Source of the DNA: an uncultured Clostridia bacterium
Lineage (GTDB): Bacteria; Bacillota; Clostridia; Christensenellales; DTU072
DNA length: 64,000 nucleotides
Direction: 5' to 3'
Assembly: GCA_944372095.1 (NCBI GenBank)
Contig: CALVYG010000004.1
Coordinates: 7,504 to 71,503, forward strand
Position numbers and translations under genes: made by a program
Notes under the pieces: model-generated
What the model saw: only the letters and a program-made list of their open reading frames with translations
What the model was told of the DNA's origin: nothing
Database searches by the model: none
Shown here: positions 20,439 to 27,868 of the stretch, one piece after another
How the letters are laid out: every line of letters starts with the position of its first letter
How positions within the stretch are numbered: position 1 is the first letter of the stretch

Positions 20439-20647
20439 ATCATACAGCGCATAAAATGCGTAATTTTCCTTTTGGCTTTATCCCTTCTTTATCCGCTTAA
20501 AGCAATAAAGTTAAGAGACAAATTATTATTCAATAAGCAGGAAAAGAGCAATAAGGATTCTAATTATCAGATTAAAGACACCCTAACCGACGGTTTGTTA
20601 TCTCATAAAGAAAAAGACAAAAACGCGGAAAAATAAAGCGCGATATG

Positions 20648-20986
20648 TTAACGCGAACCGTTTAAGTCGTGATTTTCGGGTGAAACAGCGTACAGGTCGT
20701 CGAAATAAATAACGGCGTCGGTAGTTTTGAGCATACGGTTTGAAACGTCTATCGAAACAATTTTGAATGAATCGGTGACATAAGTTCCCTGACGGTAGAA
20801 AGTGATAAGTGCGGTATCGCCTTTTTTCAAAGAAGCGAGAGCGGAAGAAATTTCCGCTTGCTGAGAATCGGAAAGCACCGCTCTGTCAACGCGTGTGCGG
20901 AGAGAAGCGCGTCTTGCAAGTTCTTCACGCAGTCCTTTCAGCGCGTCGAAAGGGAGAAATTGTTTTGCTCTGTCTTCTCTATTCAC
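20648..20986 (-). CDS. YolD-like protein
   Basis: N-terminus MNREDRAKQFLPFDALKGL is typical of YolD-family proteins encoded next to Y-family polymerases. Overlaps the polymerase gene by 8 nt. Confidence 0.7.
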   Translation of the reverse strand: MNREDRAKQFLPFDALKGLREELARRASLRTRVDRAVLSDSQQAEISSALASLKKGDTALITFYRQGTYVTDSFKIVSIDVSNRMLKTTDAVIYFDDLYAVSPENHDLNGSR

Positions 20987-22244
20987 CGTTATGTCCTCCT
21001 ATGAGCGTATTGCGTTTTTTTGCGGTTGCTCCTTCTTGAAGGTCAATGCCTCGGAGAAGCGAATTTTTCCCGAATTTGTCTTTTATACCGAGTACTGTTT
21101 TTTCCGTCTTTTTTTCACGTTCGATTTTTTCTTTGTCGATAAGAAGACCGTAACTTTCCATATCTTCCGGTATAACCGAACCGAAATCGATACTCAATCT
21201 GCGGATAGGAATATTTTTGTGAGTAGTGGAACGGAAAATTTTAATGCAATAAGGAAGAATAACGGTGTAAGAAGCGGTATGTTCGTTCATTTTTACCGAC
21301 GCGCCCGTAGAGGGAACCGAGTCGGAAGAATATCCGACGTAAAAACCGATTCTGTCGGTAACGACTTTACGTCTTAAAAGTTCCTGACAGCCGTTAAGAA
21401 CCATTTCGCGCATAACGAGTTCCGCGTGTTCGTAGTCATAGTCTTCGAAAAGAATCTGTGAAGACGAAACCGAGGAATTTTTGCGTTTATAGGCTTTTAT
21501 ATCCGCCATAGTGCAGGATTCGCGCCCGTTGGCGTGGTCGATGAGAAGTTCTGCGTTCACGCCGAATTCGTCGTAAAGAGGCTGTTCGGGATATAACGCA
21601 AGGTCTTTCATAGTATAAATACGTTTTTTTCTGAGACGGTTAGCCGTTCCTCGCGCGATTTGCCAAAAATCGGTGATAGGCGTATGCGTCCAAAGAGTGT
21701 CGCGGTAAATTTTTTCGTCGAGGAAACCGATTCCGTCGGGAGATTTTTTTGCGGTGATGTCGAGAGCGACTTTTGCAAGATATAAATTCGTACCTATTCC
21801 CGCCGTTGCCGGGATATTCTTTCTTGTACGTATTTCGCGCAAAAGGCGTTTAGCGAATTCGAGCGGCGTAGTTTTATACGTTTTAAGGTAATTGGTCGCA
21901 TCGAGGAAGGATTCGTCGATGGAATAGACGTGAATATCGTCGGGAGAAAAGAAGTCAAGATAAATTTCGTAAATATCGGCCGCGTATTCGACATATTTTT
22001 TCATACGCGGTTTTGCGATTATATAATCGAGATATGAAGGAATTTCAAAAATTCTGCAACGGTTTTTCACGCCTTTGGATTTGAGGAAAGGTGAAACGGC
22101 AAGACAAAGAGCGCCACGTCCGCGGGATTCGTCCGCAACGACAAGCGGCGCGGTTAAAGGGTCGAGCCCGCGTTCGGCACATTCCACGGACGCGAAAAAC
22201 GATTTCATATCTATGCAAAAATATATCCGTTCTGTTTCGCGCAT
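20979..22244 (-). CDS. Y-family (translesion) DNA polymerase, UmuC/YqjW-like
   Basis: FCIDMKSFFASVECAERGLDP (catalytic Asp region), SIDESFLD, GIGTNLYLAKVA. 421 aa. Confidence 0.85.
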   Translation of the reverse strand: MRETERIYFCIDMKSFFASVECAERGLDPLTAPLVVADESRGRGALCLAVSPFLKSKGVKNRCRIFEIPSYLDYIIAKPRMKKYVEYAADIYEIYLDFFSPDDIHVYSIDESFLDATNYLKTYKTTPLEFAKRLLREIRTRKNIPATAGIGTNLYLAKVALDITAKKSPDGIGFLDEKIYRDTLWTHTPITDFWQIARGTANRLRKKRIYTMKDLALYPEQPLYDEFGVNAELLIDHANGRESCTMADIKAYKRKNSSVSSSQILFEDYDYEHAELVMREMVLNGCQELLRRKVVTDRIGFYVGYSSDSVPSTGASVKMNEHTASYTVILPYCIKIFRSTTHKNIPIRRLSIDFGSVIPEDMESYGLLIDKEKIEREKKTEKTVLGIKDKFGKNSLLRGIDLQEGATAKKRNTLIGGHNGE

Positions 22245-22275
22245 ATATCCAACTGTATTTACCTTTACCGATACG

Positions 22276-22305
22276 ATTATACCAATACTTTATCCGCTTC
22301 GTCAA
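22276..22305 (-). promoter_or_regulatory. SigA-type promoter of the polymerase/YolD operon
   Basis: On the minus strand: TTGACG, 18-nt spacer, TGgTATAAT (extended -10). Confidence 0.55.
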
Positions 22306-22375
22306 CGAGTATAAGGAACAACAAGCCGTATGGTTAACCACGGCGTGAACAAAAAGAAAGAGAAAATACATATAA

Positions 22376-22891
22376 TTGGAGAAAGGAGGGATAAAAAATA
22401 TGGATTGTTTATATGAATCGGATTTACCGTATACGGAAGTGGAAAAAAGCGTAAAGAGTCCGTTTGAAGTCAGACTTTTAATGCCTGTTTACGGAGGGAA
22501 AGGGAGCGAGACAACGGCAATAATGGGATACATATTTCAAAGTTACGCGCTGGCAGACAAGGAACCCGAAATATCGAAGTGTCTGGAACAGATAGCGATA
22601 AGCGAAATGCGGCATCACGATTTACTGGGAATGTCGATAGTAAGATTGGGAGGAGTCCCTTATATAGGAGACAACCGCGGGTATTGGCAAGGCGGATATG
22701 TAAATTATACATTGAACGTAAAAGAAATGATAGACGCGGACATTGCGGGAGAAAAAAGCGCGATAACGGCATATAAAGACGTAATCAAATTTTCAAAAAA
22801 CGAAGAAGTAAAGGCAATGATTGCGAGGATAATCAAAGACGAGGAAATACATATCGAAACGCTTGAAAGTATAAGAAGAAGCCTGTTGTAA
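22376..22891 (+). CDS. Ferritin-like / manganese-catalase family protein (CotJC-like)
   Basis: Paired ExxH di-iron-type motifs (ISEMRHHDL and DEEIHIETL). YGG..GE segment resembles CotJC. Confidence 0.55.
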   Translation: MEKGGIKNMDCLYESDLPYTEVEKSVKSPFEVRLLMPVYGGKGSETTAIMGYIFQSYALADKEPEISKCLEQIAISEMRHHDLLGMSIVRLGGVPYIGDNRGYWQGGYVNYTLNVKEMIDADIAGEKSAITAYKDVIKFSKNEEVKAMIARIIKDEEIHIETLESIRRSLL

Positions 22892-22913
22892 AAAGAGATG
22901 TAAAACCAATAAG

Positions 22914-22941
22914 GAAAAAACCGCATAAAGCGGTTTTTTTC
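22914..22941 (+). terminator. Intrinsic terminator
   Basis: AAAAAACCGC-ATAAA-GCGGTTTTTTT. Confidence 0.8.
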
Positions 22942-23038
22942 CATCAAAAAAATTCGGAAGATAAGTAAAAATTTCTCGGATTCCGTATTGAAAAAAAACG
23001 CGATAAATGTTAAAATTTCTTGTGTGCCGATATATGAT

Positions 23039-24646
23039 ATGAAAAAACGGAGGATAAAATTGAGAAAAATAAGATTCAAAGGACAGAAAAATACGGAGAG
23101 AAAACCTTGTGAAGGGAAAGAATTTTTCCTGAACAAAATAACAATGCTTACGGTTGCCGTTATAGCGGCGATAGCCCCGTGGATTTTTTATTGTTGCAGA
23201 GTAGGACACGTTTATGTGGACATTATAATATTCGACGGATTTTGCCTTACTGTATTCTTTATAATGATAGTAAATGCGGCGGCGGCGGTTGTTCTTGCGC
23301 TGCTGCGCATAAAAGAAAAAATATCGCTCGGAAACGACGGAAAAAAGGAAAAAATATGTTATATTGCCGAGATAATCGTATTCTCATTGACGGTATTGTT
23401 TACCGCGTCGTGGGTTGCCTGTCTTGGCGTGATGGGGGCGGAATCCGCGCCCGTTGCGGGGAGAATGGCAGCAAAGTCTCTTCCCGTTGCCTTGCTCGTT
23501 TACGGGATATTGTTTTTTGCGTTGTTTTTCCCTGCCGTTACGAATAAGAAAGCAAGAACGGCAATCGGAACGGTATGTATTATTGCCGGCATAATAGGAC
23601 TTACGGCAGCTATATTTCCGTTTTCAAAATACGAATTTGTATCTGACCCGATGGTGATAGATACCGGCGAAGGGTATTCGGTGGTATTTGCCACAACGGA
23701 TAACGGAACGGGATATATCGAATATACATACGACGGAGATACTTACAAGCTGTTTGACGAACGCGGAGGGAGAAAAGTCAATGCGAGAATACACAGCTTT
23801 AACGTGCCGTACGAACATTTGGAAGGGAACGAATATAAAGTTGTTTCCACCAGAATAACGGATGAACTGAGCTACGGAGGGCGGACCGGCGAAACGATAG
23901 AAAGTAAAGTATATAAATTTAACCGTAACAAAGGCGAAGAAAATAAATATTTATGTATATCTGATTGGCACACAAGACTGAAAGAGGCGTATAAAGCTAC
24001 GGAGCATACAGACGGATACGACGGAGTAATCCTGCTCGGCGACGCCGCGCCCGGATTGCAATACGAAGAAGAGGCGGCGGAATATATAGTAAAATTCGGC
24101 GGCGATTTGACGAAAGGGGAAAAACCGGTTATATATGCGCGCGGGAATCACGAAACGAGAGGGAAATACGCGTCGGAGCTCGGCGACGCGCTCGGGTTAG
24201 GAGACTATTATACGGACATAAAAGTCGGGAACAGGCGGTTCATAGTGCTTGATTCCGCGGAAGACAAGGAAGACAGTCATCCCGAATACGGAGGTATGGC
24301 GGACTATTCCGCATACAGAGAAAGAATGGTGGAATGGCTCGAAGGGTTAAATGCGGGAGAAAACGAAGAAGTAATAGTAATCTGTCACGATTACGAAATA
24401 TGCAGGGAAAAAGAGTTGTCGGAAAGAGCGATAAAGGCATTGAAAAATCTCGGAGCGAAAGTAATATTGTGCGGACATTACCATGAGGTCGGATTCGGCG
24501 AAAAAGAAGGAATACCGTATTATATAGACGGAGGACACACGGATAACGGAATGGTCGTAAGCACGGTAGAGTTCAGGAACGGAGAGATATTGCTTAATGC
24601 CGTGAACGGCGACGGAGAAAACGTTGGAAGTTATAAAATCTCATAG
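23039..24646 (+). CDS. Membrane-anchored calcineurin-like metallophosphoesterase
   Basis: Several N-terminal TM helices, then GDAAPG, RGNHE and CGHYH motifs. The start is ambiguous: ATG 23039 or TTG 23060 after GGAGGA. The track's TTG at 22988 looks like a -35 box (TTGAAA-17-TAAAAT). Confidence 0.65.
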   Translation: MKKRRIKLRKIRFKGQKNTERKPCEGKEFFLNKITMLTVAVIAAIAPWIFYCCRVGHVYVDIIIFDGFCLTVFFIMIVNAAAAVVLALLRIKEKISLGNDGKKEKICYIAEIIVFSLTVLFTASWVACLGVMGAESAPVAGRMAAKSLPVALLVYGILFFALFFPAVTNKKARTAIGTVCIIAGIIGLTAAIFPFSKYEFVSDPMVIDTGEGYSVVFATTDNGTGYIEYTYDGDTYKLFDERGGRKVNARIHSFNVPYEHLEGNEYKVVSTRITDELSYGGRTGETIESKVYKFNRNKGEENKYLCISDWHTRLKEAYKATEHTDGYDGVILLGDAAPGLQYEEEAAEYIVKFGGDLTKGEKPVIYARGNHETRGKYASELGDALGLGDYYTDIKVGNRRFIVLDSAEDKEDSHPEYGGMADYSAYRERMVEWLEGLNAGENEEVIVICHDYEICREKELSERAIKALKNLGAKVILCGHYHEVGFGEKEGIPYYIDGGHTDNGMVVSTVEFRNGEILLNAVNGDGENVGSYKIS

Positions 24647-24836
24647 AACGAACGAAAAATTAAAAAAATGAGATTTTTTGAAAAAAACCCTCTTGACAGA
24701 TAAAAAAGTATACAATATACTTGAAATGAAAGGGAATTTTGTAAAATAACGGCAAAAACAGCCCTGAAACGAAGAAAACGGGATAACGGTAACCGTACCC
24801 GATTCTGAATACAATCTTGGTTAGGAGGAAAAACTA

Positions 24837-25109
24837 ATGAACAAAAAAGAATTTATAAAAGCGATAGCGGAAGAGATGGACGCGTCTTATGCGGCGGCTG
24901 AAAAAGCTTATGACGCATTTGTCGGAGCGGTGACGAAAGGTTTGAAAGGCGGCGAGAAAATTCAGCTTGCGGGATTCGGAACGTTTGAAGTGAAAGACGT
25001 ACCTGCAAAGAGCGGAATAAATCCCCGCACGCAGGAAAAAGTAGAGATACCTGCTTGTAAAAAACCCGTACTTAAATTCGGAAAAGCGTATAAAGACGAA
25101 ATTCAATAA
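24837..25109 (+). CDS. hup: DNA-binding protein HU
   Basis: 90 aa. MNKKEFI..., GFGTFEV, INPRTQEKVEIPA arm. RBS AGGAGG. Confidence 0.9.
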   Translation: MNKKEFIKAIAEEMDASYAAAEKAYDAFVGAVTKGLKGGEKIQLAGFGTFEVKDVPAKSGINPRTQEKVEIPACKKPVLKFGKAYKDEIQ

Positions 25110-25120
25110 AAAACAAAAAA

Positions 25121-25159
25121 ATCGGCGGAATAAAGTAAAGGTATTCCGCCGATTATTTT
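25121..25159 (+). terminator. Intrinsic terminator of hup
   Basis: ATCGGCGGAAT / ATTCCGCCGAT 11-bp stem, then TATTTT. Confidence 0.75.
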
Positions 25160-25229
25160 CAGCGAAATACGGCCTGAAAATATACGATAAAATCAACCAA
25201 GCGCTGTTAACTATGGTTAATATTTAGGT

Positions 25230-25892
25230 TACGATTTTCCGTTATGGCGGGACTTTATCGCAGAGCTCAAAAGTCAGCTTTGACGGAAAATCGCTCCTTA
25301 TCCCCGCAAAACGGAGTTTTGCAGGGGCCCCGGGAAATCAAGGTCCTCGGTAAGTCCGAGGTCGGCAGAATTATGTTGAGCGTAAATAAAAAAACTACCG
25401 AAAAACGGTAGCTTTTTTGTTTGGAGTTAGCCCGGCAGATTTGAACTGCCTTACCCGTCCTTGCGTCGCGATGTTTCCTTTATGCTGACTTTATCGCAAA
25501 GCTCAAAAGTCAGCTTTGACGGAAAATCGCTCCTTATCCCCGCAAAACGGAGTTTTGCAGGGGCCCCGGGAAATCAAGGTCCTCGGTAAGTCCGAGGTCG
25601 GCAGAATTATGTTGAGCGTAAATAAAAAAACTACCGAAAAACGGTAGCTTTTTTGTTTGGAGTTAGCCCGGCAGATTTGAACTGCCTTACCCGTCCTTGC
25701 GTCGCGATGTTTCCTTTATGCGGGACTTTATCGCAAAGCTCAAAAGTCAGCTTTGACGGAAAATCGCTCCTTATCCCCGCAAAACGGAGTTTTGCAGGGA
25801 CCCCGATATTAAGGTCCTCGGTAAGTCCGGGGTCGGCAGAATTATGTTGAGCGTAAATAAAAAAACTACCGAAAAACGGTAGCTTTTTTATT
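25230..25892. repeat. Three tandem direct repeats (periods 236 and 237 bp) containing tRNA-fragment mimics and terminators
   Basis: GACTTTATCG anchors at 25251, 25487 and 25724. Copies 1 and 2 differ at only 2-3 positions. Each copy has AAAAAAACTACCG-AAAAA-CGGTAGCTTTTTT. Copies 1 and 2 have a T-arm plus CCA mimic at 25422-25465 and 25658-25700 (minus strand). Confidence 0.9.
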
Positions 25893-25968
25893 TGGAGCTG
25901 CTAGGCAGATTTGAACTGCCGACCCCGTCCTTACCAAGGACGTGCTCTACCGACTGAGCCATAGCAGC
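25893..25968 (-). tRNA. tRNA-Thr (anticodon GGT), CCA encoded
   Basis: The minus strand GCTGCTA-TG-GCTC-AGTCGGTA-GAGC-A-CGTCC-TTGGTAA-GGACG-GGGTC-GGCAG-TTCAAAT-CTGCC-TAGCAGC-T-CCA folds into a 76-nt cloverleaf. Confidence 0.9.
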
Positions 25969-25989
25969 GTTTCGCTTTTGAGCATATCC

Positions 25990-26018
25990 ATTATATAGAA
26001 TCAATATTCCTTTGTCAA
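25990..26018 (-). promoter_or_regulatory. Consensus SigA promoter of tRNA-Thr
   Basis: Minus strand TTGACA, 17-nt spacer, TATAAT, about 20 nt upstream of the tRNA 5' end. Confidence 0.75.
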
Positions 26019-26113
26019 GCGGTTTGCTTTATTTGTATGTAGTATTAAGCCTTTGATTTATGTCTTTTTTGTATTTGTACCCTTCGTTTGTTGCCGTTTT
26101 CGGGCTTTTTTCA

Positions 26114-26142
26114 TTGACAAATTTTTCTCAATGGTGTAATAT
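26114..26142 (+). promoter_or_regulatory. SigA promoter of guaB
   Basis: TTGACA (26114-26119), 17-nt spacer, TAATAT (26137-26142). Confidence 0.65.
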
Positions 26143-26294
26143 CTTTTTATGGAAAGGGTTATTACTTTTTTTATGATGAAATTTTCGCGTTTCTCCGTTG
26201 TTTCGGAAACGGAGATGCCGTAGGCAGTCTGAATTCGCGCTTAATGCGTACAGACTGCTTTTTTTATATGTAAAATATGGGAGGTAGATGTAAA
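26143..26294 (+). promoter_or_regulatory. guaB leader with attenuator (regulator unknown)
   Basis: Hairpin TCTCCGTT...AACGGAGA at 26192-26215, then a terminator at 26224-26265, immediately before the guaB RBS. Confidence 0.5.
26224..26265 (+). terminator. Intrinsic terminator inside the guaB leader
   Basis: GCAGTCTG ... CAGACTGC with an inner CGC/GCG pairing, followed by seven T. Confidence 0.7.
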
Positions 26295-27800
26295 ATGGCA
26301 CATTATTATGACGAGCCGTCAAGAACGTTCAGCGAGTATCTTTTGATTCCCGGATATACCGGTCCCGATTGTATTCCCGCCAACGTTAATCTTTCGACGC
26401 CGCTCGTTAAATTCAGAAAAGGTGAAAAAAGTTCTATTACGCTTAATATTCCTCTGACGTCGGCAATAATGCAGTCGGTAAGTAACGATACGCTCGCAAT
26501 CGCGCTTGCGAAAGAAGGCGGGCTGTCTTTTATTTTCGGCAATCAGACTATTGAATCGGAAGCCGCTATGGTTGCAAGAGTTAAAAATCATAAAGCGGGT
26601 TTTGTCGTCAGCGACAGTAACCTTACTCCCGAAGACTGTCTCGGAGACGTTCTTGCTCTCATACAGAAAACGGGTCACTCCACGATTGCAATTACAGATG
26701 ACGGGAAACATAACGGAAAATTGCTCGGACTTGTCACAAGCAGAGATTACAGGGTAAGCAGAATGTCTACCGATACGAAAGTAAGTACTTTTATGACTCC
26801 TGTAAAATCGCTTATAACCGCACCGCTTTCCACAAATCTTGCGGAAGCAAACGATATTATCTGGGAACATAAACTTAATCAGTTGCCGATAGTGGACGAT
26901 AACGGAAACCTCGTTTATCTCGTATTCAGAAAAGATTATTCCAATCATAAAGATAATCCGCTGGAAATACTCGACGACCAGAAAAGATATATGGTAGGAG
27001 CAGGAATAAATACGCTGGATTATGAAAAAAGAGTACCTGCGCTTGTTGAAGCGGGCGCGGACGTACTGTGCATAGACAGCAGCGAGGGATATACCGTATG
27101 GCAGCAGAGAACTATTGATTTTATCCGCGAAAAATACGGGGATAAGGTTAAAGTAGGCGCGGGAAACGTCGTCGATAAAGACGGATTCCTTTTCCTTGCG
27201 GAAGCAGGAGCGGATTTTGTTAAAGTAGGTATAGGCGGAGGAAGTATCTGTATTACCCGTGAACAGAAAGGAATAGGAAGAGGACAGGCAACCGCGCTCA
27301 TTGAAGTTTCGAAAGCAAGAGACGAATATTACAAAAAAACAGGAGTTTACATACCTATTTGTTCGGACGGCGGAATAGTGCACGACTATCATATGACGCT
27401 CGCGCTTGCAATGGGAGCGGATTTCCTTATGCTGGGAAGATATTTTGCGAGGTTTGACGAAAGTCCGACAAATAAACTTAACGTCAACGGTACATACGTT
27501 AAAGAATATTGGGGAGAGGGAAGCAACAGAGCAAGAAACTGGCAACGGTACGACCTCGGCGGAAAAAACGCGCTCAGTTTCGAAGAGGGGGTTGACGCTT
27601 ACGTTCCTTATGCCGGAAGTCTGAAAGACAACGTTAATAAAAGCTTATATAAAGTAAAAAGCACGATGTGCAATTGCGGAGTGACAAATATTCCCGATTT
27701 GCAGAAAAACGCAAAAATAACTCTTGTAAGCGCGACGAGCATAGTCGAAGGCGGCAGCCACGACGTTATGATTAAGTCGCAGAACAGAACTGACAGATAA
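26295..27800 (+). CDS. guaB: IMP dehydrogenase
   Basis: [23 protein letters not shown]-terminus, CBS-pair region, catalytic loop [26 protein letters not shown] 26295 follows GGGAGG; the track's ATG at 26277 lacks an RBS. Confidence 0.85.
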   Translation: MAHYYDEPSRTFSEYLLIPGYTGPDCIPANVNLSTPLVKFRKGEKSSITLNIPLTSAIMQSVSNDTLAIALAKEGGLSFIFGNQTIESEAAMVARVKNHKAGFVVSDSNLTPEDCLGDVLALIQKTGHSTIAITDDGKHNGKLLGLVTSRDYRVSRMSTDTKVSTFMTPVKSLITAPLSTNLAEANDIIWEHKLNQLPIVDDNGNLVYLVFRKDYSNHKDNPLEILDDQKRYMVGAGINTLDYEKRVPALVEAGADVLCIDSSEGYTVWQQRTIDFIREKYGDKVKVGAGNVVDKDGFLFLAEAGADFVKVGIGGGSICITREQKGIGRGQATALIEVSKARDEYYKKTGVYIPICSDGGIVHDYHMTLALAMGADFLMLGRYFARFDESPTNKLNVNGTYVKEYWGEGSNRARNWQRYDLGGKNALSFEEGVDAYVPYAGSLKDNVNKSLYKVKSTMCNCGVTNIPDLQKNAKITLVSATSIVEGGSHDVMIKSQNRTDR

Positions 27801-27868
27801 TCAGGCTTTGAAAATTTAATATAAAGCCGGTTTGATATTTGCCGTAAAAACGGCAAAGGCAGGAAAAA

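Noticed and set aside
20424-20636. 70-aa ORF downstream of, and overlapping, the FMN-like aptamer as the regulated gene.
   Set aside because: Its ATG is the invariant ATGGG of the aptamer core inside P1. There is no RBS, the composition is low-complexity and Lys-rich, and it has no similarity to RibU, ImpX or Rib enzymes that I can recognise. I cannot fully exclude a small membrane peptide.
22245-22375. LexA (Cheo box, GAAC-N4-GTTC) operator in front of the Y-family polymerase operon.
   Set aside because: I found no GAAC...GTTC pair with correct spacing on either strand by eye. A PSSM scan would be needed to exclude a degenerate site.
25653-25850. 65-aa ORF in the repeat array.
   Set aside because: The frame is not conserved between repeat copies (there is a stop after 5 codons from the internal ATG in copy 2). 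There is no RBS, and the ORF runs through the terminator hairpin.
25230-25892. Could the regular repeats be a CRISPR array?
   Set aside because: The period is 236-237 bp and the whole unit is repeated, so there are no 25-40 bp repeats alternating with unique spacers. No cas genes are in the window.
25230-25968. Could the T-arm plus CCA mimics be the 3' end of tmRNA (ssrA)?
   Set aside because: There is no 5' strand complementary to the acceptor-like GGGCTAAC. There is no tag reading frame or pseudoknot-sized body (the unit is only ~236 nt). The element is present in multiple identical copies.
25968-26114. Integrated mobile element or prophage at the tRNA-Thr gene.
   Set aside because: There is no integrase, excisionase, or phage or transposase gene anywhere near the tRNA or elsewhere in the 64 kb. 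The flanking genes (hup, guaB) are housekeeping genes.
27838-27858. Hairpin TTTGCCGT-AAAA-ACGGCAAA after guaB as an intrinsic terminator.
   Set aside because: On the plus strand it is not followed by a T-run (GGCAGGAAAAA follows). It may still pause or terminate transcription weakly, but I did not list it as a feature.
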